Source: an uncultured Candidatus Saccharibacteria bacterium (GTDB lineage Bacteria > Patescibacteriota > CPR2 > UBA1875 > CAIMLA01). From it: DNA of 45,237 bases. The stretch spans positions 1 through 45,237 of the forward strand of contig CAZCRI010000004.1 of NCBI GenBank assembly GCA_964501135.1. Direction: 5' to 3'. This document shows positions 30,152 to 37,742 of the stretch, piece after piece (the first letter of the stretch is position 1; each line of letters opens with the position of its first letter). The notes beneath the pieces were generated by a model. That model was not told the DNA's origin, did not search any database, and saw nothing but the letters and a program-made list of their open reading frames with translations. Made by a program: the position numbers and the translations under genes.

Positions 30152-32047
30152 TTATTCGAGAATGGCCTTAATCCTGCGGACACCTGAGGAGCTAGACTGC
30201 TCATTAGTGATCTTGAATTTACCAAGCTCACCTGTATTTTTCACATGTGGGCCGGTACAGATTTCCTTTGAAGCGACTTCGACGGCGTCTATATCCCCAC
30301 CGATGCTATAAACCGTGACTTTGTCACCATATTTATCGGAGAACTCACCCTCGGCTCCTTTCTCTTTGGCAATCTTGGGGTCAGTTTCGCAAACATAAAC
30401 GTCTAGTTTCTTTGCAATACTTTCGTTCACATAATTTTCGACGGTTTTTTTCTCTTCTTCGGTCATTTTCTCAGGGTGCGAGAAGTCAAAACGAATGCGC
30501 TCAGCGGTAATGTTGCTCCCCTTCTGATGTACATGCTCCCCTAGAACTTTACGAAGTCCAGCCAGCATTAGGTGAGCAGCCGTATGATACTGAATTATTT
30601 TGGGATCGTCCTTGTTCTCTAACCCCGACGCAAATTTCTTGTCTTGAACTCCTGCTCTGGAAATTTCCTGGTGCTTTGCAAATTCTGTATCAAAGTCTTC
30701 TTCAGAAACTACCTTTACATTTTGCTCCTCTGCAATTTCTAGAGTCATCTCTTTTGGAAAGCCATTTGTCGTAAAAAGCTCGAACATTTGCTGCCCAGTA
30801 ATTTCTTTCTTCTTTGCTGTAATGCGCTCAAACTCGCGCGTTCCCGACTCAAGTGTCTTTAAGAATTTGGCTTCCTCTAGGTTTAATTCGGAAACTATCG
30901 AGTCGTGGGCAAAACCCAGATTCTTGTAGTGATCTTTGTAATCATTAATAATTGACACCGCAATTTTTGAACAAATATTTTGTTCGTAAAGTCCAGATAA
31001 TTTAGCAAACCGAATCGAACGACGAATTAAACGACGCAAGACATAGCCTTGCCCCAGATTTGATGGCTTGATGCCGTCACCGAGAATAAAGGTCGCTGCT
31101 CTCATGTGGTCACAGAGAACCCGGAAAGATTTACGGACAGTATCGTCTGCCCCCGAATACTTCACGCCAGTAATCTGCTCAATGTCGTTTACAATTTTCT
31201 TAAAAATATCGATATTAAAGACATCTGGATCATTGTTTGCGGCGGCGGCAATTCGCTCTAACCCTCCGCCAAAGTCCACGTTCTGCTTTGGCAATTTACT
31301 AAAAGTGCCGTCTTCGTTTTTGATGTATTGCATAAACACCGAGTTGCCAATTTCCATGAATCTACCGCAATCACAGTTCGGATGGCAGTGCTCACCCCAC
31401 TTCTGGTCATGAGGCGTACCAAAGTCATAAAAGATTTCGCTATCTGGGCCACCTGGCTCGCCAGCAGGCATATTACCCGGAACACCTGCACGGCTCCACC
31501 AGTTCTTCTTGCTATCATAATAGAAAATTCGGCCATCTTCCATGCCAACCTTGTAGCCATTTTCCTCAGAACCAATCTCTACCGCCTTGGCATCTACGCC
31601 CTTGCTTGCAAATAATTTCTGCCAGATAGTCACAGAGTCATCATCTCTTTCAATGTTGTTCTCTGGATCCCCAAGAAAAACCGTAGTATAAATTCTCTTT
31701 GGATCTAGACCTAGCTCACCTGTGAGAAACTCAAAAACCCACGGGAGCTGCTCTTCTTTGAAATAATCCCCTAGTGACCAATTACCAAGCATTTCAAAGA
31801 AGGTTGTATGACGATTATCCCCAACCTCATCAATATCATCGGCTCGAAAACACTTCTGGGAATCGACTAAGCGAGTGCCCTTTTTGTGCTCTTCACCAAG
31901 GAGGTAAGGCATGAGTTGCTGCATCCCAGACCCAGTGAATAAGGTCGTTGGATCATTCTTTGGAATCAAAGAAGAAGACGCAATCTCAGCGTGCCCCTTC
32001 TCTGTATAGAATTTAATAAATTTTTCACGTATTTCGTTTATTGTCAT
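30152..32047 (-). CDS. alaS: Alanine--tRNA ligase, short form (631 aa)
   Basis: DPTTLFTGSGMQQ, SQKCFRADD, HTTFFEMLGNWS.GDYFK, VDFGGGLER, editing HTAAH and CTGPH; ends at GVRRIKAILE. Confidence 0.96.
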   Translation of the reverse strand: MTINEIREKFIKFYTEKGHAEIASSSLIPKNDPTTLFTGSGMQQLMPYLLGEEHKKGTRLVDSQKCFRADDIDEVGDNRHTTFFEMLGNWSLGDYFKEEQLPWVFEFLTGELGLDPKRIYTTVFLGDPENNIERDDDSVTIWQKLFASKGVDAKAVEIGSEENGYKVGMEDGRIFYYDSKKNWWSRAGVPGNMPAGEPGGPDSEIFYDFGTPHDQKWGEHCHPNCDCGRFMEIGNSVFMQYIKNEDGTFSKLPKQNVDFGGGLERIAAAANNDPDVFNIDIFKKIVNDIEQITGVKYSGADDTVRKSFRVLCDHMRAATFILGDGIKPSNLGQGYVLRRLIRRSIRFAKLSGLYEQNICSKIAVSIINDYKDHYKNLGFAHDSIVSELNLEEAKFLKTLESGTREFERITAKKKEITGQQMFELFTTNGFPKEMTLEIAEEQNVKVVSEEDFDTEFAKHQEISRAGVQDKKFASGLENKDDPKIIQYHTAAHLMLAGLRKVLGEHVHQKGSNITAERIRFDFSHPEKMTEEEKKTVENYVNESIAKKLDVYVCETDPKIAKEKGAEGEFSDKYGDKVTVYSIGGDIDAVEVASKEICTGPHVKNTGELGKFKITNEQSSSSGVRRIKAILE

Positions 32048-32053
32048 AAAGGT

Positions 32054-32082
32054 ATTTTACTATTAAACCGCTCTTATCTCAA
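32054..32082 (-). promoter_or_regulatory. Sigma70 promoter of alaS (leaderless)
   Basis: TTGAGA-17-TAAAAT, ATG 6 nt downstream. Confidence 0.6.
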
Positions 32083-32102
32083 TAAAGGTATCTGTTCTCT
32101 TC

Positions 32103-32135
32103 TCTGACCGGCGCCCCTCTGGGGCGCCGGTCAGA
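32103..32135. repeat. GC-rich perfect hairpin (GGCGCC type, copy B)
   Basis: TCTGACCGGCGCCCC-TCT-GGGGCGCCGGTCAGA, 15-bp stem, no U-tract. Confidence 0.75.
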
Positions 32136-32159
32136 CAATTGTCCGCCGCTGCTGTTGTC

Positions 32160-32549
32160 CTAGCTCTGGCACGTGACCGCCGCGATTTTCGCGGCCAAGT
32201 CCTGCATCTCGATACTCGAGTGACCTAGGTCCCCAAGCCTCTCGCCCGCCTTCTTCAGGAACATGGCGAAATCGACCGCGATGCCCGAGGCATACTGGCA
32301 GCAGAGAAGCTCGAGCTGAGAGCCGAGATCCCTGGCCACCACCTCGCGTCCGGTATAGACGGCGAACGAACGGTGGCCCGACAAGCAGACCGGATGTGTC
32401 GCGACAAAGGCGTCATGACGCGCTGCATCAGCCGCAGCAATAGCCTCGCCGACAGTGCCAGGCAACCTAGGCTCGAAGTCGTGTTCGACTCCCACAAGGT
32501 TGTGGACCCCATTGGCCCCGATCCCGGTAACGCGAGTCATGTCATGCAT
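32160..32549 (-). CDS. Hypothetical protein (129 aa, GC-rich orphan)
   Basis: ATG 32549 preceded by GAGGGGAG; upstream TCGACA-17-TACTAT promoter-like sequence; no family recognised. Confidence 0.55.
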   Translation of the reverse strand: MHDMTRVTGIGANGVHNLVGVEHDFEPRLPGTVGEAIAAADAARHDAFVATHPVCLSGHRSFAVYTGREVVARDLGSQLELLCCQYASGIAVDFAMFLKKAGERLGDLGHSSIEMQDLAAKIAAVTCQS

Positions 32550-32678
32550 TGGAACTCCCCTCTCGACAGCAGACAGTAATACTAGACCTTGCAATCTCGC
32601 AGCTATAGTACAACCTCAAAAGTAATTTGTCGATAAGATTATATAGATTTGCATCAGCTAAATAATTAAAAGGAACGA

Positions 32679-32726
32679 GGGCCGCGGACGCTGTACGCGT
32701 CGCGGCCCCCAGGTGACAATGTCACC
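32679..32726. repeat. GC-rich bulged hairpin plus adjacent GGTGACA-A-TGTCACC palindrome
   Basis: GGGCCGC(G)GACGC-TGTAC-GCGTCGCGGCCC at 32679..32708; 7-bp inverted repeat at 32712..32726. Confidence 0.6.
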
Positions 32727-32785
32727 CCAAACGGTCCCACTACTAAGATTCGATGTCTTTTCCGGCAATGTCGAGCGCCCCCTCG

Positions 32786-33022
32786 TCATTTGAAGTACAA
32801 GTACTTCGCCCGATCTACAACCCTCCGTTCCTCCGCCCCTGAGGCAAAGAGTCCCTTGAGGGCGCTGCGCGCCTTCCGTAGCTCGCTGGCTGTGCCTTCA
32901 TTCTGAACCAGGGCCCGCGTACGCTCAGCCTTGAGCAAACGGATTAGCGCTTTTGCGACATCGACGGTAACCCCCATCTCTTCCATCAACGTCTCTTCGA
33001 CCAGCTCCGTGATGCCCGGCAT
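32786..33022 (-). CDS. Hypothetical protein (78 aa, GC-rich helical orphan)
   Basis: ATG 33022 with very strong AGGAGGAGGTGA SD; no family recognised. Confidence 0.6.
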   Translation of the reverse strand: MPGITELVEETLMEEMGVTVDVAKALIRLLKAERTRALVQNEGTASELRKARSALKGLFASGAEERRVVDRAKYLYFK

Positions 33023-33068
33023 CAATATCACCTCCTCCTAGAGGTAGTGGGTACCAGCGATACGCAAA

Positions 33069-33093
33069 CAGGCATCCTATCTTAGGATGCCTG
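33069..33093 (-). terminator. Hairpin downstream of mnmA (possible terminator)
   Basis: CAGGCATCCTA-TCT-TAGGATGCCTG, followed by TTTG on the - strand. Confidence 0.45.
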
Positions 33094-33136
33094 AGTCACT
33101 CGCATATCTGCTTGGATACTTATTATACTCCCTAGG

Positions 33137-34207
33137 TCAAAGCTTTCCAGTGGACAAAATAACTCCCCCGCCTAATACGACTTCTTTATCGTACAAAACA
33201 GCTGATTGTCCAGGAGTAATGGCTTTTTGTGGTTGCTTGAAAGTTACAATAATATTACTATTCTTTTCGATTCGAGAAATAACACAAGCGACGTCTTCGC
33301 TCGCATAGCGAATTTTGGCCGTACATTCATACGGTAGTTCTGGCTCCGCGCTAATCCAATGAGGTTCAGCGACAACCAAGGTGCTGCCAAACAGTTCCTG
33401 TTCTGATCCAATAATCACCTGATTATTCACGGTATCGAGCCCCACTACATACATGATTGACGGGAATCCCCCACCTAGCCCCTTGCGTTGTCCGATCGTA
33501 TAGTGATGCAAACCATTGTGCCTACCCCACACCTTTCCTGCAGAATCTACAATATCACCAGGGCTATCCTCTATTTTGCCATGCAAGAAGCCATTTACAT
33601 CCGTAGTCACAAAACAAATATCCTGACTTTCTGTCTTCTCTGCGGTCCTGAGCTTGTATTTTCGCGCTAGTTCACGCGTTTCCGGCTTCGTGAGTTCTCC
33701 TATCGGAAATTCCAGATGAGCAAGCTGTTGCTTGGTAATGTTATATAAAAAGTACGACTGATCCTTCTTTTCGTCTAAACCACGAAGCAAATGAAAGCCA
33801 AGTTCATCGTGGACAATCCGTGCGTAGTGACCGGTGACCAGTTTCTCCGCACCTAGTTCCTGAGCTTTGCGCAATAGATGTTCATACTTGATGGTTTGGT
33901 TACAACGAACGCAAGGATTTGGAGTAAGTCCAGCTGCATAACTAGCAACAAAATCGTCGATTACCTCTGCCTGAAATTCTTTCTCCAAATTTATAACGTA
34001 GTGGCGAATTCCAAGCTGCTTACAAACCGCTGCTGCATCCGCAATAGCATCTAGCGAGCAACAGCTCTTATCGCTTCCGCCTGCATCACCGTAACAAAAA
34101 AGCTTCATTGTGACGCCAAAAACCGCTTCGGCACCGTACTTTTCGACCATAAGGGCTGCGGCCACAGAAGAGTCAACCCCACCAGACATTGCCACTGCTA
34201 TCTTCAT
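33137..34207 (-). CDS. mnmA: tRNA 2-thiouridine(34) synthase MnmA
   Basis: AMSGGVDSS PP-loop, SCC, TPNPCVRCN, TGHYAR, KDQSYFL, ESQDICF, YTIGQRKGL, TPGQSAV. Confidence 0.97.
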   Translation of the reverse strand: MKIAVAMSGGVDSSVAAALMVEKYGAEAVFGVTMKLFCYGDAGGSDKSCCSLDAIADAAAVCKQLGIRHYVINLEKEFQAEVIDDFVASYAAGLTPNPCVRCNQTIKYEHLLRKAQELGAEKLVTGHYARIVHDELGFHLLRGLDEKKDQSYFLYNITKQQLAHLEFPIGELTKPETRELARKYKLRTAEKTESQDICFVTTDVNGFLHGKIEDSPGDIVDSAGKVWGRHNGLHHYTIGQRKGLGGGFPSIMYVVGLDTVNNQVIIGSEQELFGSTLVVAEPHWISAEPELPYECTAKIRYASEDVACVISRIEKNSNIIVTFKQPQKAITPGQSAVLYDKEVVLGGGVILSTGKL

Positions 34208-34791
34208 TTACTGTCTCCCAAACTTTGGGCAAAATTCACAAAAATTTTGCTAACCTCTCCGAAGGTAAGGTAGCGTGCCACATTGTTGTCCCACCAATTT
34301 TTCTTGCTCCAATTTACGTCCTTTGCGGAATGGTTGATGATTGCAAAGTCCTTCCCCAATTCTTTTTGAAAAAGATCCGAGGCTCGCCTCTGATGGTATG
34401 GGGAGGTCACTAAAATTATGCTTTTATAGCCGTTGTCTTTGATGATCTTAGCGCTAAGAGCAGCGTTTTCTACGGTAGTTTTCGATTTTTCCTCGAGAAT
34501 AATATCTTCTGCAGGAACTCCGGCAGTAATTGCAATTCTTGCCATAGCCAGAGCATTCGAAACGTCTCCTTCTGCAGCTGCTCCAGAGAAGATAATTTTA
34601 GGCGCCCATCTCTGCTCATAAAGTTTGACGCCCTCTGTGATTCTAGAATCGGTATCCCCACCAGAAACTACCACAATAGCATCGGCTTTTTGGAGCGGAT
34701 TTTGTGGTGAAAGGTAGATAGCAAGGGCAAATGGAATAAAAACTACCACTAGTACCGCTATTAATACCGCTGCGATGAGCTTCTTTAACAT
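34204..34791 (-). CDS. YdcF/ElyC/SanA (DUF218) family protein
   Basis: TM anchor, DAIVVVSGG, IIFSG, EEKSKTTVENA, VTSPYHQRRA. Confidence 0.9.
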   Translation of the reverse strand: MLKKLIAAVLIAVLVVVFIPFALAIYLSPQNPLQKADAIVVVSGGDTDSRITEGVKLYEQRWAPKIIFSGAAAEGDVSNALAMARIAITAGVPAEDIILEEKSKTTVENAALSAKIIKDNGYKSIILVTSPYHQRRASDLFQKELGKDFAIINHSAKDVNWSKKNWWDNNVARYLTFGEVSKIFVNFAQSLGDSK

Positions 34792-35747
34792 TAGTCTGTA
34801 AACTCCTGAACAAAGATTTTCCCATGAACCCCACCATCAAAAACCGCAATTCCAACCTTGCCATAATCACCAGAGAGCATATTGGCCTTGTGTCCCGGAG
34901 AAGCCAGAAGTCCAGTCATTGCCTCGTCAGTATCGGCTGCAATTGCTAGATTTTCCCCAGCAAAAAATGAGCTAATACCAGCAGCCTTCATCCGATCAAA
35001 GGCGCTCTTCCCTTCTGGAGTATAGTGCGACAGATACCCTCGAGAGAACATGTCCTTTCCATGAAGCACCGCTACCTTTGCTAATTTCTCATCTGCCTTT
35101 AGTGGTTTTAGCCCGGCCTTTTCTCGCTCTGCATTGAGACGAGCGAACATTCGATCAGCCGAAACCGCGTCCGGAGTAGGGTTTACAATTTTATATCCGA
35201 GGGCGACCTTATCTCGACTGCCACTGGTCACCGTGGCAAACCTTGCCAGATTACTCGCCACCTCACCAAAGGTCGCTTCGAGAAACTTCCCTACCGTTTT
35301 CGAATTTCCCTGCAACTGCCTGCCCACTAGAGACTTGTGGATATTGGCGTCCACTTCTTTCCCTAGAGGGAGAATGACCAAGGTTGCCATCACCAGGGCT
35401 ATGATGCCGGCCGCTTTCACGACGCCCAGGGCGACCCCACACCACTTATTCCACCTGGAATCTATCACCTCTTCGGGAATATATGCTAGTGCGTAACTAC
35501 TTGCAATATATAAAATTAACTCAACAATGAACCAGATAACGAAAAAGGCTCCGGCTTTGACAAAAGTTTCCGGCAAGGAAATCAAATTTCCTAGGAAGCT
35601 CGCTAGCCCAGAGTAAAAAACTAGCGCTGATCCAAATGAAATCAAAAGAATTGCCAGGTCCGCGGCCTCGCGAGCTAACCCTCTACGGAAACCGAGGAGC
35701 CCGAAGACTACGAGAATCAAAAATATAATCAGGTCAATATAATTCAT
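34791..35747 (-). CDS. CvpA-family membrane domain fused to a CAP/SCP domain
   Basis: DLIIFLIL..FGLLGFRRGL CvpA start, about four TM helices; C-terminal NAEREKAGL.PL, HGKDM, SH, GENLA, SPGHKANML. Confidence 0.85.
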   Translation of the reverse strand: MNYIDLIIFLILVVFGLLGFRRGLAREAADLAILLISFGSALVFYSGLASFLGNLISLPETFVKAGAFFVIWFIVELILYIASSYALAYIPEEVIDSRWNKWCGVALGVVKAAGIIALVMATLVILPLGKEVDANIHKSLVGRQLQGNSKTVGKFLEATFGEVASNLARFATVTSGSRDKVALGYKIVNPTPDAVSADRMFARLNAEREKAGLKPLKADEKLAKVAVLHGKDMFSRGYLSHYTPEGKSAFDRMKAAGISSFFAGENLAIAADTDEAMTGLLASPGHKANMLSGDYGKVGIAVFDGGVHGKIFVQEFTD

Positions 35748-35775
35748 AGCCACCCTATTTTACATTTCCAGGCAC

Positions 35776-35806
35776 AAAAAAGCCACCTTGGAATCCCAAG
35801 GTGGCT
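35776..35806 (-). terminator. Intrinsic terminator closing the csoR operon
   Basis: AGCCACCTTGG-GATT-CCAAGGTGGCT-TTTTT on the - strand, 12 nt after the metallothionein-like stop. Confidence 0.85.
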
Positions 35807-35818
35807 CACCCTTAGCTG

Positions 35819-36037
35819 CTATTTACCGCAGCCACACTTACAGACACAGTCGTCGCCACAAGTACAAGGTTTACCCTCGCCACAGCCACAATCGCATTCG
35901 CAATCTGGACCACACTTGCATTCTGACTTCTCAGAGTCAGCGCAACCGCAAGAACAATCTGGACCACAAGTGCAAGGTTTGCCTTCGGCACAACCACACT
36001 CGCAAACACATTTGTCTCCGCATTTACAATCAGACAT
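35819..36037 (-). CDS. Metallothionein-like Cys-rich protein (72 aa, 23 Cys)
   Basis: ATG with AAGGAAAGGAG SD, terminator downstream; four CxCGxxCxC(xC)GC units; no His or aromatic residues. Confidence 0.8.
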   Translation of the reverse strand: MSDCKCGDKCVCECGCAEGKPCTCGPDCSCGCADSEKSECKCGPDCECDCGCGEGKPCTCGDDCVCKCGCGK

Positions 36038-36054
36038 ATGGTCTCCTTTCCTTA

Positions 36055-37368
36055 CTAATTAACAATAAAATCACCCGTATACATTCCCATCGAGCAAGAG
36101 AAATGAATCGCTCCGCTCTGTTTCGGCGTAAAATCAAAGGTGTTTACACCCCGCTTCAACAACTGACTAATGTCTAAATCCGGAGACCACAGATAGCTCG
36201 CACACGTAGAAATATCTTTCACGTCAACTACCCAACGAATCGGGACACCCTTCTGTACAATAAATTTATTCGGCGTATAACCATACTGGGTAACCTCCAT
36301 CCTGGCAATCTGGACACCATTCTCCATAGTTACGGCTGCGGCCTTTGGCTGCAGAAAGCCTATAGAAACAGTGCGAATTCCAAACATATTTAAGGCATAA
36401 ACCCCCTCTATCAGGGCGAACATAATTACTACAACCCCAATAATCTGAAAAACCTTCTTCATCGACTGACTTCGAATAAAGGAAACTAGCCCACCTACCG
36501 CCAGGAGACCCGGTGTGGTACCGAGCGCAAATGCCGCCATCAAGAGCCCTCCCTGCAGGAATCCTCCCGAAGCTACAGCGGTAACCTGTACCGCCTGAGT
36601 AAAACCACAGGGCAAAAAGAAGCTGAGTACACCCAGAGTGACCGCACCCCCATGAGTATATTTAGTGTTTAGATACCGTGTGACCTTAGACGCCCCATTG
36701 GGAAGAGTAACTCGAAAGCCAGCGATACGTGGTGATAGCCCGCTAAGGTCTATCCCGATAAGTAGCATCATAACCGCTGCCATCAAAATGAGCAGCCCAT
36801 TTACATACGGACTGATAGTGATAGAACCACCGAGGACTCCAAGCAAACCACCCAAAACAAAGAACCCACCTACCCGGCCGACATTAAAAAATATGTTTGG
36901 TATGAATGCCCCTATTCCCTGGATTGTAGAGTAATCCTCTCGATATTTGGCAGTAAAGGTCATTACCATCCCACCGACCAGAGCCATACAAGTAGAAACA
37001 CCCGCAACTAGTCCCAGGGTCAAGGATCCCCAAACGCCTATGGCAGTAATATTTATCCCTGGCAATGCCCCACTTACAAATATCAGGCTATACACAATCA
37101 ACACTAATATAGCCGTGAGGACTGCCCGAAGCCATAATCCGATGTCTTTTGAATACAATAATGGTCTTTGATTGGTAACCTGGTAGCCCAAATCCACAAT
37201 CTCTGCCTGTACCATGGCGCTATCAAATTCGCCCCAGACACTTAGTTCACTCTTTCGAGTACTTGCAGTCACCTTCTCAACGCCAGGAACCTTGGAAATA
37301 CGTTCTTCTAGCAGTACTTCACAGGCACGACAGTGCATCCCACCTATTTGCAAGGTAGTTTTGGTCAT
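36055..37368 (-). CDS. HMA + DsbD_2/TauE-like membrane domain + cupredoxin-like fusion protein
   Basis: N-terminal GMHCRAC metal-binding loop; TM domain with STCMALVGG and LPCGF; C-terminal GY.PN.F.V.KG.P.RW...C...FSCSMGMYTG. Confidence 0.88.
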   Translation of the reverse strand: MTKTTLQIGGMHCRACEVLLEERISKVPGVEKVTASTRKSELSVWGEFDSAMVQAEIVDLGYQVTNQRPLLYSKDIGLWLRAVLTAILVLIVYSLIFVSGALPGINITAIGVWGSLTLGLVAGVSTCMALVGGMVMTFTAKYREDYSTIQGIGAFIPNIFFNVGRVGGFFVLGGLLGVLGGSITISPYVNGLLILMAAVMMLLIGIDLSGLSPRIAGFRVTLPNGASKVTRYLNTKYTHGGAVTLGVLSFFLPCGFTQAVQVTAVASGGFLQGGLLMAAFALGTTPGLLAVGGLVSFIRSQSMKKVFQIIGVVVIMFALIEGVYALNMFGIRTVSIGFLQPKAAAVTMENGVQIARMEVTQYGYTPNKFIVQKGVPIRWVVDVKDISTCASYLWSPDLDISQLLKRGVNTFDFTPKQSGAIHFSCSMGMYTGDFIVN

Positions 37369-37635
37369 TTAGCCACGCCTCTTGAAGGCTTCCATTACTT
37401 CCTTGGCAGCTTCGTTTCCCTTGCCTTCCTTGATTTTCTGCACGACACAGCATTGCATATGGTCCCCCAGGACTGCCTCATCCAATTTCTTAAGAGCACT
37501 CTGTACTGCATATGACTGATTTAGTATGTCTATACAATATTCATCGTTCTCTATCATTGAAACCACCTTCTTCAGGTGACCCTCAATGATCTTTGCTCGG
37601 TGCAGTATATCTTTTTTGTTTTCTTTCTTAGTCAT
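37369..37635 (-). CDS. csoR: CsoR/RcnR-family metal-sensing repressor
   Basis: RAKIIEGHL, YCIDILNQ..AVQSAL, HMQCC (x-C-H-C ligand set); ATG 37635 with AAGGAAGG. Confidence 0.9.
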   Translation of the reverse strand: MTKKENKKDILHRAKIIEGHLKKVVSMIENDEYCIDILNQSYAVQSALKKLDEAVLGDHMQCCVVQKIKEGKGNEAAKEVMEAFKRRG

Positions 37636-37665
37636 ATTTCCTTCCTTGTTGAAAATCTTACTGGT

Positions 37666-37733
37666 CCCTATCCCCCGGAGGGGGTGTAATATAGACATTT
37701 TATTATCCCCTATCCATTACGTCAAGGGGATAA
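37666..37733 (-). promoter_or_regulatory. csoR promoter with C/G-tract operator-like sites
   Basis: TTGACG(37725-20)-17-TAAAAT(37702-697); TATCCCCC-GGA-GGGGGTGTA at 37669..37688; TTATCCCCT/AGGGGATAA inverted repeat at 37703..37733. Confidence 0.7.
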
Positions 37734-37742
37734 TTATAAAAC

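Noticed and set aside
7144-33140. TTGAC(A/C)-7-TA(G/T)AAT spacing seen upstream of uvrA and after mnmA
   Set aside because: Only two cases, and uvrA has a normal 17-nt -35/-10 pair; probably coincidence.
35748-35806. Alternative pairing of the terminator arm AGCCACC with GGTGGCT at the cvpA start (possible attenuator)
   Set aside because: A 7-9 bp match that is much weaker than the perfect 11-bp terminator, with no other support.
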